A stretch of DNA of 64,000 bases from the human T2T-CHM13v2.0 reference genome, Homo sapiens. Under the pieces are notes generated by a model, which had not been told where the DNA came from, ran no database searches, and was given only the letters and a program-made list of their open reading frames with translations. Shown here in pieces: positions 13,268 to 27,615 of the stretch (positions within the stretch are counted from its first letter, which is position 1; each line of letters opens with the position of its first letter). The DNA is taken from the NCBI RefSeq assembly GCF_009914755.1, contig NC_060938.1; one strand, written 5' to 3'. A program made the position numbers and the translations under genes.

Positions 13268-13369
13268 CTGGTCAATATTGAGGCGGAGCGGCATCAGCGA
13301 CACTCTCAAGCAGCACTCCTGTGGGGACCTGCCAGATTCTGGACACACGTGTAAGGCTTTCACTGTCAA
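13268..13369 (-). CDS. ATG2B: ATG2B exon 34 (102 nt)
   Basis: tag|LTVKALHVCPESGRSPQECCLRVSLMPLRLNIDQ|gtttgt. Confidence 0.95.
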
Positions 13370-13508
13370 CTACAAGGCAAGAAAGAGAATAACATTTTTC
13401 CCCAATAATATGATGACCTTCTTCTCTTTAAAAATAAGAAAAAAAAAAGAAAAATTCCTATTCCTATACCATATGAGAAAAAGAGGAATTGTTTACCCTC
13501 TTTCCTTA

Positions 13509-13850
<342 letters not shown>

Positions 13851-14321
13851 CTGCTTAAAGATGTAGACTCTCTTTAGAGGAAAAATTGCAAATGGATAAT
13901 GTTGTACTTAGTAACAGTTTACTGAAACCCTGAAGCTAACCATAGGTCCATATGCCAAAATCAAATTCTGTGAGGGACCTCCAAAGTCCTGAAAGAATCA
14001 TTTCTACCTTACTAAAATGTAAAGAGTGTTAGAAATCTGGAACACCTTCAGCAATACTACCTATTTTGTACTGATCACTAGGGACTTCTACTTTTCCTCA
14101 GATATCAATTTATTAGCAATTAGAGTTAATGGACCCTAGAAGTGACATGCAAAATAGTTTTTTAAACATAAAACTTTAAGCAATACATTCAAAAGGGACT
14201 TTTCACATTAAAATGAGAAAAGATATCTAGTAATTTTCCCTACTTTAACTCTCCTGAAGTTAGATATAATAAAAACACGTTTCCAAAACTAACATAACAC
14301 AACGATGAGGTTAACTCTTAC

Positions 14322-14516
14322 CATGTTGGAGTGAGCTTTTCGAGGCATTTCTTTACTGCAATACAGGTATAAAAATTTATTCATTTGTGATGTTGCCAAA
14401 CGATCTCGAATCTCAAGATCCTGAACAATGAACACCTGCCGGGAGACTGGGTGTTCTGAGAGGCTGGAATCACAATCAGGTTTGCATGGCGGGTAGACTT
14501 CATGCTGAAACTTCAC
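14322..14516 (-). CDS. ATG2B: ATG2B exon 33 (195 nt)
   Basis: aag|VKFQHEVYPP...DLEIRDRLATSQMNKFLY...AHSNM|gtaaga. Confidence 0.96.
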
Positions 14517-14700
14517 CTTAACGGGTAAGGAGGAAGAACGCGGAACAGTTCTTTACATTCCTTTTATTAAATTGTATTTTCTCTTTAAAATGCAAAATAT
14601 CACTCATTTTTCCTCTGAATTCTACCTCAGCTTACAATTCCACCTTCAAAAAACTCAACAACATGACATTCCTTCACTTGTTCACTCATTTATTAATCTA

Positions 14701-15019
14701 CAGTGCTCCCTGCTTGTCCAAGGTTTTGCTTTCCACAGTTTCAGTTACCCATGGTCAACTGAGGTCCAAAAATATTTCAGTATTTTGAAACCAAGAGAAA
14801 TACCTTCCATATAACTTTTATTTTAGTATAGTGTTATAATTATTCTATTTTATTATTCATTATTGTTAATCTCTTACTATGCCTAACTTAGAAATTAAAC
14901 TTTATCATAGGTATGTATGTATAGGAAAAACACAGTATACATAAAGTTCAGTACTATTTGCAGTTTCAGGCATCCACTGAGGCTATTACCATGTATGTCT
15001 GTGGATAAGGGGGACTATG
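14701..15019. mobile_element. MER44-like TcMar-Tigger element
   Basis: 'ttttgctttccacagtttcagttacccatggtcaac' at the left end, 'ggataagggggacta' at the right end. Confidence 0.7.
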
Positions 15020-15399
15020 TGGACCCTACCATACACAGAGAAGCTTGACTAATATTTCTATTTGACCTTGGTAAAATCCCTTATTTCCAAGGAAAATTCT
15101 CAATAGGAATAAGACATAAAATTATTATCTTGCATACCTATGAAATTGCTTTAAAATGAATCAGCAGAGGCAGGGTTCAAGTTCCAAAAGGAGGCACAGA
15201 TATGATTAAATACAGGGAATTGTCATCACTACAATATTGCCATGCTAACTATCCTAAAATATGACACTTGGTACAATCTCAGACAAGCTGGTAGAATTAA
15301 ATGCGTGTGATGCCATCAGTAGTCTGGCCCTACTGGTCTCTAGTCTCACAAAGGACCTGCCAGATGCACTGTCCAAACACAGGCTTTCCCAGACAGATG

Positions 15400-15540
15400 C
15401 TCTAGGGCAGCATCTCCTCAGTCTGACCCTACCTCAGACTTCCTGAATCAGAAACTCTGGGGTGGAGCCCAGAAACCTGTGTTTTAATAAGCCCTCCAGG
15501 GGATTCTGGGCTTGCTCAACTGTGAGAACCACCGCTCTAG
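15400..15540. mobile_element. MER5A-like hAT-Charlie fragment
   Basis: 'ctgaatcagaaactctggggtggagcccagaaacctgtgttttaataagccctccag'. Confidence 0.75.
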
Positions 15541-15755
15541 CGGTAGCCCAGACAAACAAAAATAAAAGAAAAACACCTCAGTCTTCTTAGAACATTTGAG
15601 AATGAAAAAGAGGTAAGAGTTTTATACAAGATCCTTGCACTTTTCCAATCCAAAGGGTTGGGACTTAAGGCTCAAGACTACGTGGTGGGGGATAACAAAA
15701 GAACCCCCCGCCAATATCCTACTTAAGTGGATTTTTCCTTCAAATGCCATCTTAC

Positions 15756-15864
15756 CTTGCTTAGCTGTATTTCCATTAAAAAGTCATGGTTCCTTCCTTT
15801 TCCCCCACATACTGTATTACGTCCATGTCTCGTGGGTGTGTGAGAAGGCGAACTGTGGGGACTA
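15756..15864 (-). CDS. ATG2B: ATG2B exon 32 (109 nt)
   Basis: tag|SPHSSPSHTPTRHGRNTVCGGKGRNHDFLMEIQLSK|gtaaga; tandem TAGTAG acceptor. Confidence 0.93.
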
Positions 15865-16850
15865 CTAAAAATGAGCAAAAAAAAAAAAAAACCCTTTTGT
15901 TAAAGGAATATTCAAAGAAAGTCAATGAATGACATTAAGGAAAATGATAAGATGAAAGACAAAGTAAGAGTACAGAGCTATCAGAACGCTGCCACAAATT
16001 ACTAGAAACCAAAACCGTATCTTCTTTACTCTGTAGACACTGAAACACGCGTTTCATTATTGCCATTAGAGTAATCACCTGCTTGCTAAATACTCAAAAC
16101 TACAGGAAAAGCTAATTATGATGCTGGGATCCGTATCACAGGATACACTTAGAAATGAGACCTCCTTATAAGCTTCTTGTTACTTTGGAAACCCTTTATA
16201 GTCAGAACACAAGTCCTAGGAATCCCAACTAATACACAAAATAATTATAGTAAAGTTGGACGTGTTTTAAAGTCGCTTTTAAGTAGAAAAAGCTGCTGAA
16301 CTATAGTGTCAAATGTTACTGCTCCACGCAGCCTCCATGCCATGCCCCACCTCAATAAGGAAGTCTGCCCCCTACAGGGATTCTGTCCACCTGATTCTCC
16401 CAGCGACCGGCACACTGCACTCGTCTCACAGGCGCTCAATGACCACAGGCTCTCTGCTCAGTGCCCTGCTGAATGCTGGGGACAGGGCATGCCCGACCCC
16501 ACCTCCTGACACACTTCCTGCGTTTCACTGCCCTCTGTCACTCACATGACTCACAGGACCTACTCATTTTTGTGAAATAGGTACATGGTAGATACCTGAA
16601 AATTTCTGCTGAATGAAAATGATGAGAGTCAACATTTTAGTAAAAATACAAATAATACAAATAAGTTCACAATTGGAAAACTGTGAGAGTAACATTTAAA
16701 TTACAGTTTTTAATACTACTTTATTAATAATTCTTAAAATGATAAATCCTATTTTTCTTTTTTCTCTCTAAAGGGGAAATGGAAAATTCTATTTTTCTAA
16801 GAAAAGAATATATTGGCCTCCCAAATAAACTTATATAGAAATTAACTTAC

Positions 16851-17077
16851 ATATAACTTTTAGCCGGAGAAGTGGGAGGGACTGTTCCAAAATCCTTTCC
16901 TCCATAAAGATGCCAGACAAGAGAGACCTCCTTCACCACATAGCGAATCACAGGAATGGGAAAGTGTAAGGGGGCTTTGCTCGTATCGGTCTTATTAACG
17001 GGCAGACTGAAATAATTGTCTCTTATCACAATTGCATCATCAACCATGATTTTTATAACTGGTTCTTCTTCCTTCTC
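16851..17077 (-). CDS. ATG2B: ATG2B exon 31 (227 nt), contains the YFS WIPI-binding motif
   Basis: tag|EKEEEPVIKIMVDDAIVIRDNYFSLP...WHLYGGKDFGTVPPTSPAKSY|gtaagt. Confidence 0.96.
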
Positions 17078-17975
17078 CTAAAATAAACAAACAGGTAACA
17101 CATACTCTCTTTTCTAATTAGAAACAACTGATTATGCTGCACATCTCAAGGGGCATTCTTGCTTCTACATTCTTTTTAATAATTCCAGTATATAAAATAA
17201 GGTGATGGTTACCGACATTAGTCACCACAAAGATATTCTGCTTTATTAACCATAAAATAAACTCTCTTTGTTCTACGTAAACCACTCCATAAGGATTTTT
17301 TATGGTTTACAATTCGGCTTTCACTACTTGTTTGATAATAAAAAAGCACAAATTTAGTGTGTGGGTATTTTTTTTTGTTTAAAGTCAATACTGCAAACCA
17401 AAAGTTAACAAATTTCAACATATGGATGATATTACCATGTTTTTAATAATAGGTTTATCCTGAGTTTGATTGTTTGGATTTTTAAAAATTTAACCAGAAG
17501 GTTCTCAGAACTTTGTAAACAAATACGGTCACCTACTGGACAATTCCTGGAAAGTTTCCAAATACACATACACACACACACTTATATCTATACATACACA
17601 CAAACACACCCCAACCATCAGCCTTCACACAAACCACATCTTATCTTTCCCGATTCTTGGACTAGCAATTCTGTCCAGCAGATCCTTCTGCCATTTAATT
17701 TCACGATCCTTGAATAGTCATCTTACTATATAAAAAATCTGGAGTTCAATAATCTATGTTGGAAATTTTGCAAATAGCATTCTTCTCTGAGTCTTTAGAT
17801 GTGTCACAGAAATAGTACAGTAACCATTCACCAACTGTCAATAGTATATTAAAAAAAAAAAAGTAACTCTGAACTATAAAGAATTTACAAAATCAACAGA
17901 ATTTTCTCCAGGTACCCTTTGGTCAATTCATTTGTAACACCATTCAAGGCTTCAATAATGTTATTAATTTATTAC

Positions 17976-18178
17976 CTGCATGGCTGCTTTTGGTGCAAAA
18001 AGAATGCAAAAGTCATCATTCTCAGTGGGCACACCTGTCATTGCATCACTGATGAAATGGTGAGAGAATGAGGCATAGGTGGGGCCGGACTCCTGGGATA
18101 CATTCCCACTCTCGTCAGGAAACAGGAAGAGGTCTGAACAACATGGCTCCTGAATTTGAGATTTTTCATCCAAAACAC
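17976..18178 (-). CDS. ATG2B: ATG2B exon 30 (203 nt), contains the LIR (DDFCIL)
   Basis: tag|(G)VLDEKSQIQEPCC...TENDDFCILFAPKAAMQ|gtaata. Confidence 0.96.
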
Positions 18179-18389
18179 CTAGATAAAAAGATTACAACAT
18201 TTTGGCACACTTTGAAATATCAACAACAACAAGCATTTTAACCATGTGTCAGATATATGTTGTGTGCTTTTACCTGCAATATCTCATTTATTTCCTAAAA
18301 TAAGTCTATGAATTTGAGGCTTAAAGAGAGCTAAGTAACATGCACCAAAACACCTCAGCAAGTCAGAAATACATCAAAAACCACTAATA

Positions 18390-18700
<311 letters not shown>

Positions 18701-19397
18701 CTAATAAAAAGACAAATGATAAATTCGAAATGGCAATGTCACAAAGACAGTTTCCTCCCAGTTAGTTGGCGTTGGGGAAGCTCAGCAGTTGCTGGTTAGT
18801 GTTGAGTGGAGTTTTGCTTTACCCAGAATTTCACCTTTGACAATTCTGTCCTATAGGCGGAGCTCTGGAAGAAACTTCTTGGACAATATTACAATGTGAG
18901 GGGAAACTGGTTACATTTAGCAGAGCCTAAATGTAGGGGGAGGGAAGGGGAAGGGGAGGGAAGAATAGCTGTTGAGCAAGCATTAGGTGGCAGAGGAGGC
19001 AGTGATTCAAGTATGAAAAGAAGACCTCTTCCTGGGGCCTGGGATACCCAAACTGGATACCTAATCTTAGGTAGCTATCGCAAAAGATTACATGTGCACC
19101 AAAATCTGCATGTCAACATATATTTTAATATGTTTACATTACATATTAAGAGTCACTCATTCTTTTCCCATTCATTCATTAAAACCAAACACTGTGATGA
19201 GGCTGAGAACACTAAGCTGAATCAAGAGACATACTGGCTTTAAGAGACTCACAGATTAGATTTTAGATTCTTCTACAGCAGTACCTCAGAATTACTCATC
19301 CTTACAGGTACCCAGGGCCTAGTACAGAATCTTGTATATTGAAGCCACCCAGTAAATAATCACTAAATATTCTTTCCCATGTAATTAAGGTAGCTGC

Positions 19398-19479
19398 ATA
19401 TATACATATACACACACACACATATATAAATATATATAAATACATAAATATATATATACATATATATATAAATACATAA

Positions 19480-19555
<76 letters not shown>
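19398..19555. repeat. (TA)n-rich compound microsatellite
   Basis: seen directly, abuts the Alu poly(T). Confidence 0.95.
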
Positions 19556-19572
<17 letters not shown>

Positions 19573-19871
19573 GAGACAGAATCTCGCTCTATTACCCGGG
19601 CTGGAGTGCAGTGGCACAATCTTGGCTCACTGCAACCTCCGTCTCCTGGGCTCAGGTGATCCTCCCACCCCACCTAAGCCTCCCAAGTATCTGGGACTAT
19701 AGGCGCCTGCCAACACATCCCACATCTAGCTTTTTTTTTTTTTTTTTTTAATTGGAGAGATGGGGTTTCACCATGTTGCCGAGGCTGGTCTCAAACTCCT
19801 GAGTTCAAGTGATCCACCTGCCTCAGCTTCCCAAAGTGCTAGATTACAGGCATGAGCCACTGTGCCCAGCC
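19556..19871 (-). mobile_element. Alu (J-like)
   Basis: dimer with long central T tract. Confidence 0.88.
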
Positions 19872-20722
19872 TAGCTGCTAACATTTATTACAAATAATGT
19901 AGTACATAGAACACTAAAAGCCCCAGTTTGCTTCCTTAGTTCTAATTTATCCTAAATTAGCAAGACAGCAACAGTTAACACTAGACTTTTACAACTCCAT
20001 GAAATAATTTTTAATTAAGATTTCCCAATATATAGATATAGCTATGACCATTCAATTAGAAGAAAATACTGTTGAAATAGAGGCTTTAAAATGTTTACCT
20101 GCTTCCCTTTGGCTTTCAAGGATCTTGAATCACCTGGGTCCCTCTTTGCTTACCCAACTTTATTATCTAATTCTTTTCAATAAGAGAACTTTTGTTTCAG
20201 TAAGAACCCGAATGTCATGGCTAAATAACTGAGGCTCATGCATGCCTTTGTCTGTGCTCTGTTGATGTTAATGACCTTGCCAAGATTACCTTCTCCTCCC
20301 TCTTTACATACCTAAATCCCAACCACTTTTAAAAAGCCAAGCCATCTTACTTTACTAAAGTCTAATAAAATTATCCCAATCCTTTCCAAACAGTAGAGGA
20401 TATACCACAGTTGAAGTATTTTCTTACATCATTTATCAATCAGTCTAAGTACTGGCACCAGTTTTGTGCCCATTTGTTTTACTAGGCTACAAGCTACCAG
20501 AAAACATAAGCACTGTCTTCTACTCACTCTGCATTCCCGACACCATCCTGGCCAGAGTTACCTATTTACTAGACACTGAGTAGACACAAGCTGAATGATT
20601 AACAGATATCCATAAAAACTCATATGCGTCTTTAATAAGTGACTTATTAAATTTACGAGAACACAAATAAAGTAAGCCCCAACATTAACATCAGTGCTCC
20701 CTGAGAAGAGTCCTGGTCTTAC

Positions 20723-20864
20723 CATTAGCCTGTGGTTTTACTGACGAGGTGCCTTGTTGCATGTCGATCTCCTCCATAGCATCACTCATCAGATCTCGTA
20801 ACATTTGTTGATCTGCTTCAGGAAGTACTGGACCACGTGAGGATGATCGACCACTGGAATCTAC
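20723..20864 (-). CDS. ATG2B: ATG2B exon 29 (142 nt)
   Basis: tag|VDSSGRSSSRGPVLPEADQQMLRDLMSDAMEEIDMQQGTSSVKPQAN|gtaaga. Confidence 0.95.
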
Positions 20865-22386
20865 CTATAGCCAAAAAACCTAATTAAAAATAACTGAAAA
20901 TGCTCTTAAAAACCAAACTACTTACATTTATTTTATCCCAAAAATACATTACATTGTACAAAAACATCAGAAATAGAAACCTACTCATTTTTCTATGCCC
21001 AGCAGCTGTTATATTTCAAGTTTTTAGTATTATCACCCTAACAAATACTGGCAAAGAGCAATAAATGTGTCACCACCTCAAAGCAAGCACAGTGAACTGG
21101 GATCTTGAAGAGGCAATGCATTTGAAAACAGGGAAGTTGAACAAACTGCAATAAAGCTGGGAAAGAAGGGATAACTAAATAAGTTTGATCTCCTCAACTC
21201 TGATGGTTGCAATGACTTTCATCCCTTTGACATAAAGCCCCTGTAGGACGAGGCCTCATTTCTTGGACACCTAACAACAGTAGGGGGCACACACAGCAGG
21301 GGAAATATACTAAACGGTGATTCAGAGCTCAGTTCCAGCACCAAATACTTAACCAAATACTTCACCAATGGTTGGTGAACTGTAGATTCATTAAACCCAG
21401 ATCGTGCTTTTTATATGTGAGCATGACTCTAAAATAGCAAGTTCCAAGCTGAAAGGGATAATTTAAAATAAGAAGAATGTTTTTTAAAAGGGAATAAATA
21501 GTAGGCGGGGTGTCATAAATCACCTTATCGTGAGAATACAGCAGGAACAAGGAGTCACAAACAGAAATTAACACAAATAAAGTGTAAAATAATCCTGAAC
21601 AAAAGACAACAAACACGATGCCAGTCAGGCCTTTACTAGAGTACATAACAGAGGCTCTAGAACCTAAGGGGACTGAGATTTCTGTTCATAAGAGAGACCA
21701 CAAAGAATAACAATGAAAAAGAAAAAATGCTAAACAAACTGGACATTCTTCAATTTGGACATAAGAGAAGTTAGAAAGGTGACACTTGGGGCAGAAAAGT
21801 GCATTGAACTGGACACCAAAATATCTGGGTTTGTTGCTGTTTCTGCTACTCTTTAGAGCAATCATCTAAATTCTCTGGGTCTTATTAATTTTTAACCTCT
21901 CTATCTCACCAGGTCATCATGAAAGGAAAAGGAAGTCATATATGACAAAGTACACTGAAAACTGGATTGTCTTAGAGATAAAAAAATAGGGAAAATATGA
22001 TGATATAAGTAAGTCTTCTGGTAACAATACTAACACCTGCCATCTATCTTTTCATAGCATTTTTACATACAACTTGCATAGAACAAGCTTTTGCATGATA
22101 AATGTTTTCTTTCTTCCCTTAGGACAGATGAAAATAACAAGTCTAGAAAAAAAAAAGTATGATGTTTGCTAGGAAGATTAATGGAAACAAAGAATATCAA
22201 AACAGCAGAATGGTTTTCCAAAAAGGCCCATGAAACCACCGTTTCAGACCCCATTATTCTGAAGGTAAAGAACAGATGAATGACTTTCAAAGTTTCTTTT
22301 CTACCTTATGACTGTCATGAAGACCTCAATAATGTAAACACGTCACGACATGGCAGGGACTGGAGGAATCACATTGCTGACTGTAC

Positions 22387-22557
22387 CTTAGACCTTCTTT
22401 CAAAGGCTCCAGGCTTCATATCTGCCTTGTTAGGTGTCTGCAAGTCACCATAGCTTGCAATGTACTGAATGAGATTCATTAACGCAGCACAAGAGTCTGA
22501 GCACGTTCTGATATGGACAACATCGCTGGAACAGTGTAACTCAAAGCGGGGCTCAGT
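22387..22557 (-). CDS. ATG2B: ATG2B exon 28 (171 nt)
   Basis: cag|TEPRFELHCSSDVVHIRTCSDSCAALMNLIQYIA...AFERRSK|gtacag; CAD-type TCSDSC motif. Confidence 0.96.
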
Positions 22558-22811
22558 CTGGACAAGACACAGAAAAAGGGATGAAAATGTTTTCCAAATG
22601 AGACAAAAGTTTCTTTTTTTGCATAGATTTACATTAAATAAGATTCATGATAATCTGTCTCGCTACATAAAAAAAGTATTTAAATAAATCCATTTTTAAT
22701 ATACTTACTCTATTTCTGACCAAAATTAGGTACACGGAAAAATGTTAAACTCAATTTTTTTAATCTCTTAAAAAATAGAACTTAAAATTTTCATTTATTT
22801 TAATAACTCAC

Positions 22812-22888
22812 TTGCTCTCCATCAGAATCAGACTTCACTGCAGTTATGGTTAACTCCAAAAGCCCCATATCCATCACACGAACATAAT
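22812..22888 (-). CDS. ATG2B: ATG2B exon 27 (77 nt)
   Basis: tag|(D)YVRVMDMGLLELTITAVKSDSDGEQ|gtgagt. Confidence 0.95.
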
Positions 22889-23358
22889 CTAAAATTTTTA
22901 AAATTAAGAAAATCTCTTCAGTACAGCTTTCAAAAATGTGTATCCAACCAACACCCAATACAACTAGCATTCCTTTAAAATTCATTGCAGAGAGCACTAC
23001 AAATAATTATAATGCAATGAAAATAGTTTCATCCCATAGAAGTCCTAAAATTCACTTTATTTTTTGTTAGAAACAAAAATTATCTTAAATAAAAATTTGT
23101 AGTATATATAGTAATTTGATGTACTTAACTAGCATTATAAGAACATTACAATTTCAAACTGAAAAACCAGTATCTGAAAAATGAAGCTGTGAATATATAC
23201 CACATGATCACTATATACTTAAAGACCCTTTAATCTTTAAGGATCTTTAATAAGATTCTTAGTTCACTAGCATTATCCCAGAGTTAAAATGCTTTAAAAT
23301 TATTTACGCACAAAAATAAAGCAGAATTTATCTACTCCATTTGTTTTTTAACTCTTAC

Positions 23359-23429
23359 CTCTACTCAGATTTATAGTGACAGTATTGCATTTGTCAGATA
23401 GATGTAAAGCAGCTTCATCCAAGATTATT
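23359..23429 (-). CDS. ATG2B: ATG2B exon 26 (71 nt)
   Basis: cag|IILDEAALHLSDKCNTVTINLSR|gtaaga. Confidence 0.95.
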
Positions 23430-23729
23430 CTGAGGCAAGAAAGATAAAACCAACATCTGAAAAACTAAGCTTTGAGTATCATACCCCATAATCACTATAT
23501 GCTTAATTGCATCATTCTTTCTGGTATGAACATTGTTGAAATCATAAGCAGTTTCTAACTTATAACTGTCATCTAACATTTTTTAAAAACTGTTTATGAA
23601 TGCTAGGAATATTTAAATGGTGTAAAGAATTAGATTAAATCATCTACTCAAATTAATTCTAAATTTTTGGCAGTTTTTAAAGAGATGCCCAAATTCACAA
23701 GGTTTAAACTATAGTATAAAGATAGAGTG

Positions 23730-24047
23730 GGCCAGATGTAGTGGCTCACACCTGTAATCCCAGCCGTTTGGGAGGACAAGGCAGGAGGACCACCTGAGGC
23801 CAGGAGTTCTCAACTAGCCTGGGCAACACAGCAAGACCCCTTCTCTACAAAAACAAAACTTTTTTTTTAATCAGCCAGGGATAGAGGCACACGTCTATAG
23901 TCCTAGCTACTCAGTAGGGTGAGGGCAAAAGATCACTTGGGCTCAGGAGTTGAAAGCTGTAATAAGCTGTGATCATGCCACTGCATTCCAGCCTGGGCCA
24001 CACAGAGCAAGACCCTGTCTCTAAAAAATAAAAAAATTAAATAAAAA
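23730..24047 (+). mobile_element. AluJ
   Basis: diverged dimer. Confidence 0.88.
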
Positions 24048-24334
24048 GTATAAAGTGTATCAGGTAGCATGGGAAGTTTACCATATGTTTTAAAATGCAA
24101 ACTTTTTAAAGAATCTCCAGAATTAATTTCTTCCCTAAAAATGAAATGCAATAATAAATGGGTAGATGAAACATGTCACCTGAGAAAAATTGGGTAATTT
24201 GGGTAAAAGGTTATAACTATTAGTAAAAGAACGTTTAACAAAAAATTGAGACTTTAATAAAATGGTTTAGGTAAATATCAATTGGTATGTTTCGAACAGC
24301 TTTGTTTAGTATACAATGAAGTTTACACAGGTAC

Positions 24335-24427
24335 CTGAGAGTAGAGGAAGATTTATCCAATGCAACGCTACTGGAAACACTGAATGTTTCCACGGTAAGA
24401 AGAGATCGGATTGGCAAATAAAGGGGT
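24335..24427 (-). CDS. ATG2B: ATG2B exon 25 (93 nt)
   Basis: tag|PLYLPIRSLLTVETFSVSSSVALDKSSSTL(R)|gtacct. Confidence 0.95.
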
Positions 24428-24598
24428 CTAATGCCAAAGAGAAACAAAAGAACATCAGTTTGATACGGCTCCAGAAACTCTATTAAAAACAACAACAACA
24501 ACAACAATTTGAACCTTAACTCTACTGAATTATGTATTTTTTTCAAAATTTAGTAGCATTTTAAATAAAACTTTATTTTGTTCCATTTGTGAACTTAC

Positions 24599-24705
24599 CT
24601 ATAATCAAGTGCACAGCTCCAAAGATGAACATGAAAAGTTGTAAATGAAGTTGGAGGATTATATCCCAAAACAGGTTCATCAGCAATATTCAAGAAGTAT
24701 AAAAT
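24599..24705 (-). CDS. ATG2B: ATG2B exon 24 (107 nt)
   Basis: tag|ILYFLNIADEPVLGYNPPTSFTTFHVHLWSCALDY(R)|gtaagt. Confidence 0.95.
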
Positions 24706-25928
24706 CTATAATCACAAAAAATTAAAACGCCCTGCTTTAGAAGAAAAAAAAGGTTTCATATAATATCCTTAATACCAATGTAAACCAGAATATCTCACAG
24801 AAAAAATCATTTAATTGGAAAATCATAGCGGTAAAAGGAAAAAAATCATCATTTTGAAGGAATTAGTTTCAAAAAGTACTTGCATCAGAAAAGAAGGTAA
24901 TGGATACTGATGGATGTGTTCGTTTGACTACAATAGGCATTTTACTATGCATATCAAGACATGTTATTCACCTTATATATAATAAAAATAAATTTTTTAA
25001 AAGTATTTGCAAAATTAGAATTTGAAATGCAGAAGCCTATCCAACAACTCCAATGCTACAGAAATCTTAGAAAATCACACCTTATGAAATTAATAACAAT
25101 GTATGCATAATATAATTTCATATTTTTTGGCTTGGAACAATTCTCAGAAAAAATAAATTTTGCTAAAGACTGCTTAAAACTATCAATCTGGCTTCTTATA
25201 TAACTCATTGTGTGCAGGGGCGATTGGTTTTTCATATAAGTCATTGTTGAAGGAAGCTCTTTTTCCTTAATGTATACCTAGCTCAGTCTAAAAACCAGTC
25301 CCTCTCACCAACATCTATTCTTTCATATTTCTAATCCAAACAAATAAGGAGGTTCTGCTAAATGTCTCCCTTCCAGCTGGTTATTCACCCTAACCACTTC
25401 TCTACTCCTACCAGATAGAAAGTCAGACAGATATCCTCATGTTTCCTAAATGCTTTCATGAGAAAAGAATTTTGAAAACACTCAAGTTTTTAAATAATGT
25501 ATTATTTTCCCAGCACAATTAAGAAGTTCTCCTTTATAAGAAACATGAGAAGCAATCATAGTGCACTAGTTTTCATTCTCACATAAGGAAAAGCTAACTT
25601 CTTACTCAAAGTCTCCTCTGAAAAATAACCAATTGTATTTTATTACCATAAAAAGTTGTTGAACTGGAAATTAATGAGAGAAATCCTGATAAAATGCTTT
25701 AAAGCAACATCATATTATTGGCCTAGGGAATTATATGGAAATATTGCACTTAAAGAACTTCTGATTATAAAAGCAATTCAACACACCATTCACTGCTCCT
25801 CTACGCCAGACATTCTACAAGTCCTGGGATACAGAGTCCCTTCCCTTCCTTTAATGACATATAAGAAACTCTGTCATTGAGAGGTTTTGAGGACCACACT
25901 TTAAGGTAAAAAACCAATTACATTCTGA

Positions 25929-26266
<338 letters not shown>

Positions 26267-26407
26267 TAAAAGGTGGTGACACCGTAGTATTCACTTAATG
26301 ATAATTCACTGAGCTGAACATTTATGACTTACAAACTTTTCAGTATGTGTATTAGATGTCAACACAAATTTTTAAATAAATTAATACATATATAACAGCT
26401 CTCTTAC

Positions 26408-26488
26408 CTGCTCATGCCAGCTAAGCCCAGAAGGAAGCATTCTATGCTGGAGAGTGGCTCCTTTCAGTCCTACGGCAATGAGAAATTC
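26408..26488 (-). CDS. ATG2B: ATG2B exon 23 (81 nt)
   Basis: tag|EFLIAVGLKGATLQHRMLPSGLSWHEQ|gtaaga. Confidence 0.95.
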
Positions 26489-26637
26489 CTATACAGAACA
26501 AGACAAAGAATGACATTTACCACCTATGTAATCCTATAACTCAAAAGTTTTTCCAAGAAAATAAATATGTTGCCTTTTATGTAATTATTTTTAGCTAGAA
26601 TCAAATCAACAGTGGCATAAAAGTACAAAACACAAAC

Positions 26638-26837
26638 CTTTGTATTGGACTCTGATTTATCAGACAATATTTTAACGGCAACAGACAGCATATTCAAACT
26701 GTCTCCTCCAACTCCATCTGAAGAAGTTTTACTGAGGCCATCTTCTTCAGAGGAATAAATAGTAGGTTCCAACCAGTGTGGGCGGGTTGAGCTGGGAAGT
26801 CGTGTTTCTGTCGGGAGAATCACTCCATCCACTATGC
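26638..26837 (-). CDS. ATG2B: ATG2B exon 22 (200 nt)
   Basis: tag|(G)IVDGVILPTETRLPSSTRPHWLEPTIY...SESNTK|gtttgt. Confidence 0.95.
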
Positions 26838-27189
26838 CTAGAGATCCACATTGAGGTAAAAATAGTAACAAAATGATTACTTGAAATTAGCTAATCAACT
26901 TACATGACTCAAAACAAAAATCCACGTACTTCCACTGAATATAACTTAAGGAGGCATGATGACAAAAACCAGCATGGCATTAATAATCCACTCCTCTTTG
27001 CTAATGTTAGTGTGACTGACCGTACACAGCTTAAAGAAACAAAAGATTCTGAAATGCTAGGAAAATTAAATAGAAAACTATCACAAACATCTCATGTCTA
27101 TGAAACAAGGTAAACTCAGGTAACTGCTCAAAAAATGGTAGGTTCTATATCTGGAACCAAAAGGAAATATTCCTTAAAGAAGAATAAAG

Positions 27190-27615
27190 AACATATAGTC
27201 CCATCGACTGATGAATGGATACATAAGATGTGATCTATCTTTACAGTGGAATATTATTTGGCAATAAAAAGGAATGAAGTACAGATACAACTTGGATGAA
27301 CTTTGAAAGCGTGTCAAATGAAAGAAGCCAGTCAAAAAGGCCAAATATTGTATGATTCCATTTATAAGAAACTTCTGAATATGCAAATCCATAGAAACAG
27401 AGTGTAGGTTAGTGTGTTTACGGGAAGGAGAGAGCGGAAGGGGTGAAAGTTTATCACTAAAGTGTATGAAATTTCTTCATGGGGTAATAAACATGTTTTA
27501 AAATTGACTATGGTGACGGTTGCATAACTCTTGTGAAATACTAAAAACCACTGAAAGGTACACTTTAAATGAGTATGGTGTGTGAATTATACCTCAACAA
27601 AGCTATTGCAAAAAA
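27190..27615 (+). mobile_element. L1MB-like 3' end
   Basis: 'gtcccatcgactgatgaatggata'...'tgtgaattatacctcaacaaagct'. Confidence 0.75.

Noticed and set aside
14517-14545. TCCTTACC upstream of the exon 33 aag acceptor resembles a U12 branch site
   Set aside because: The donor of this intron is AAG|gtaaga (U2 type), not GTATCCTT
19302-19673. 123-aa and 84-aa ORFs rich in Y/I
   Set aside because: Translation of Alu plus (TA)n microsatellite
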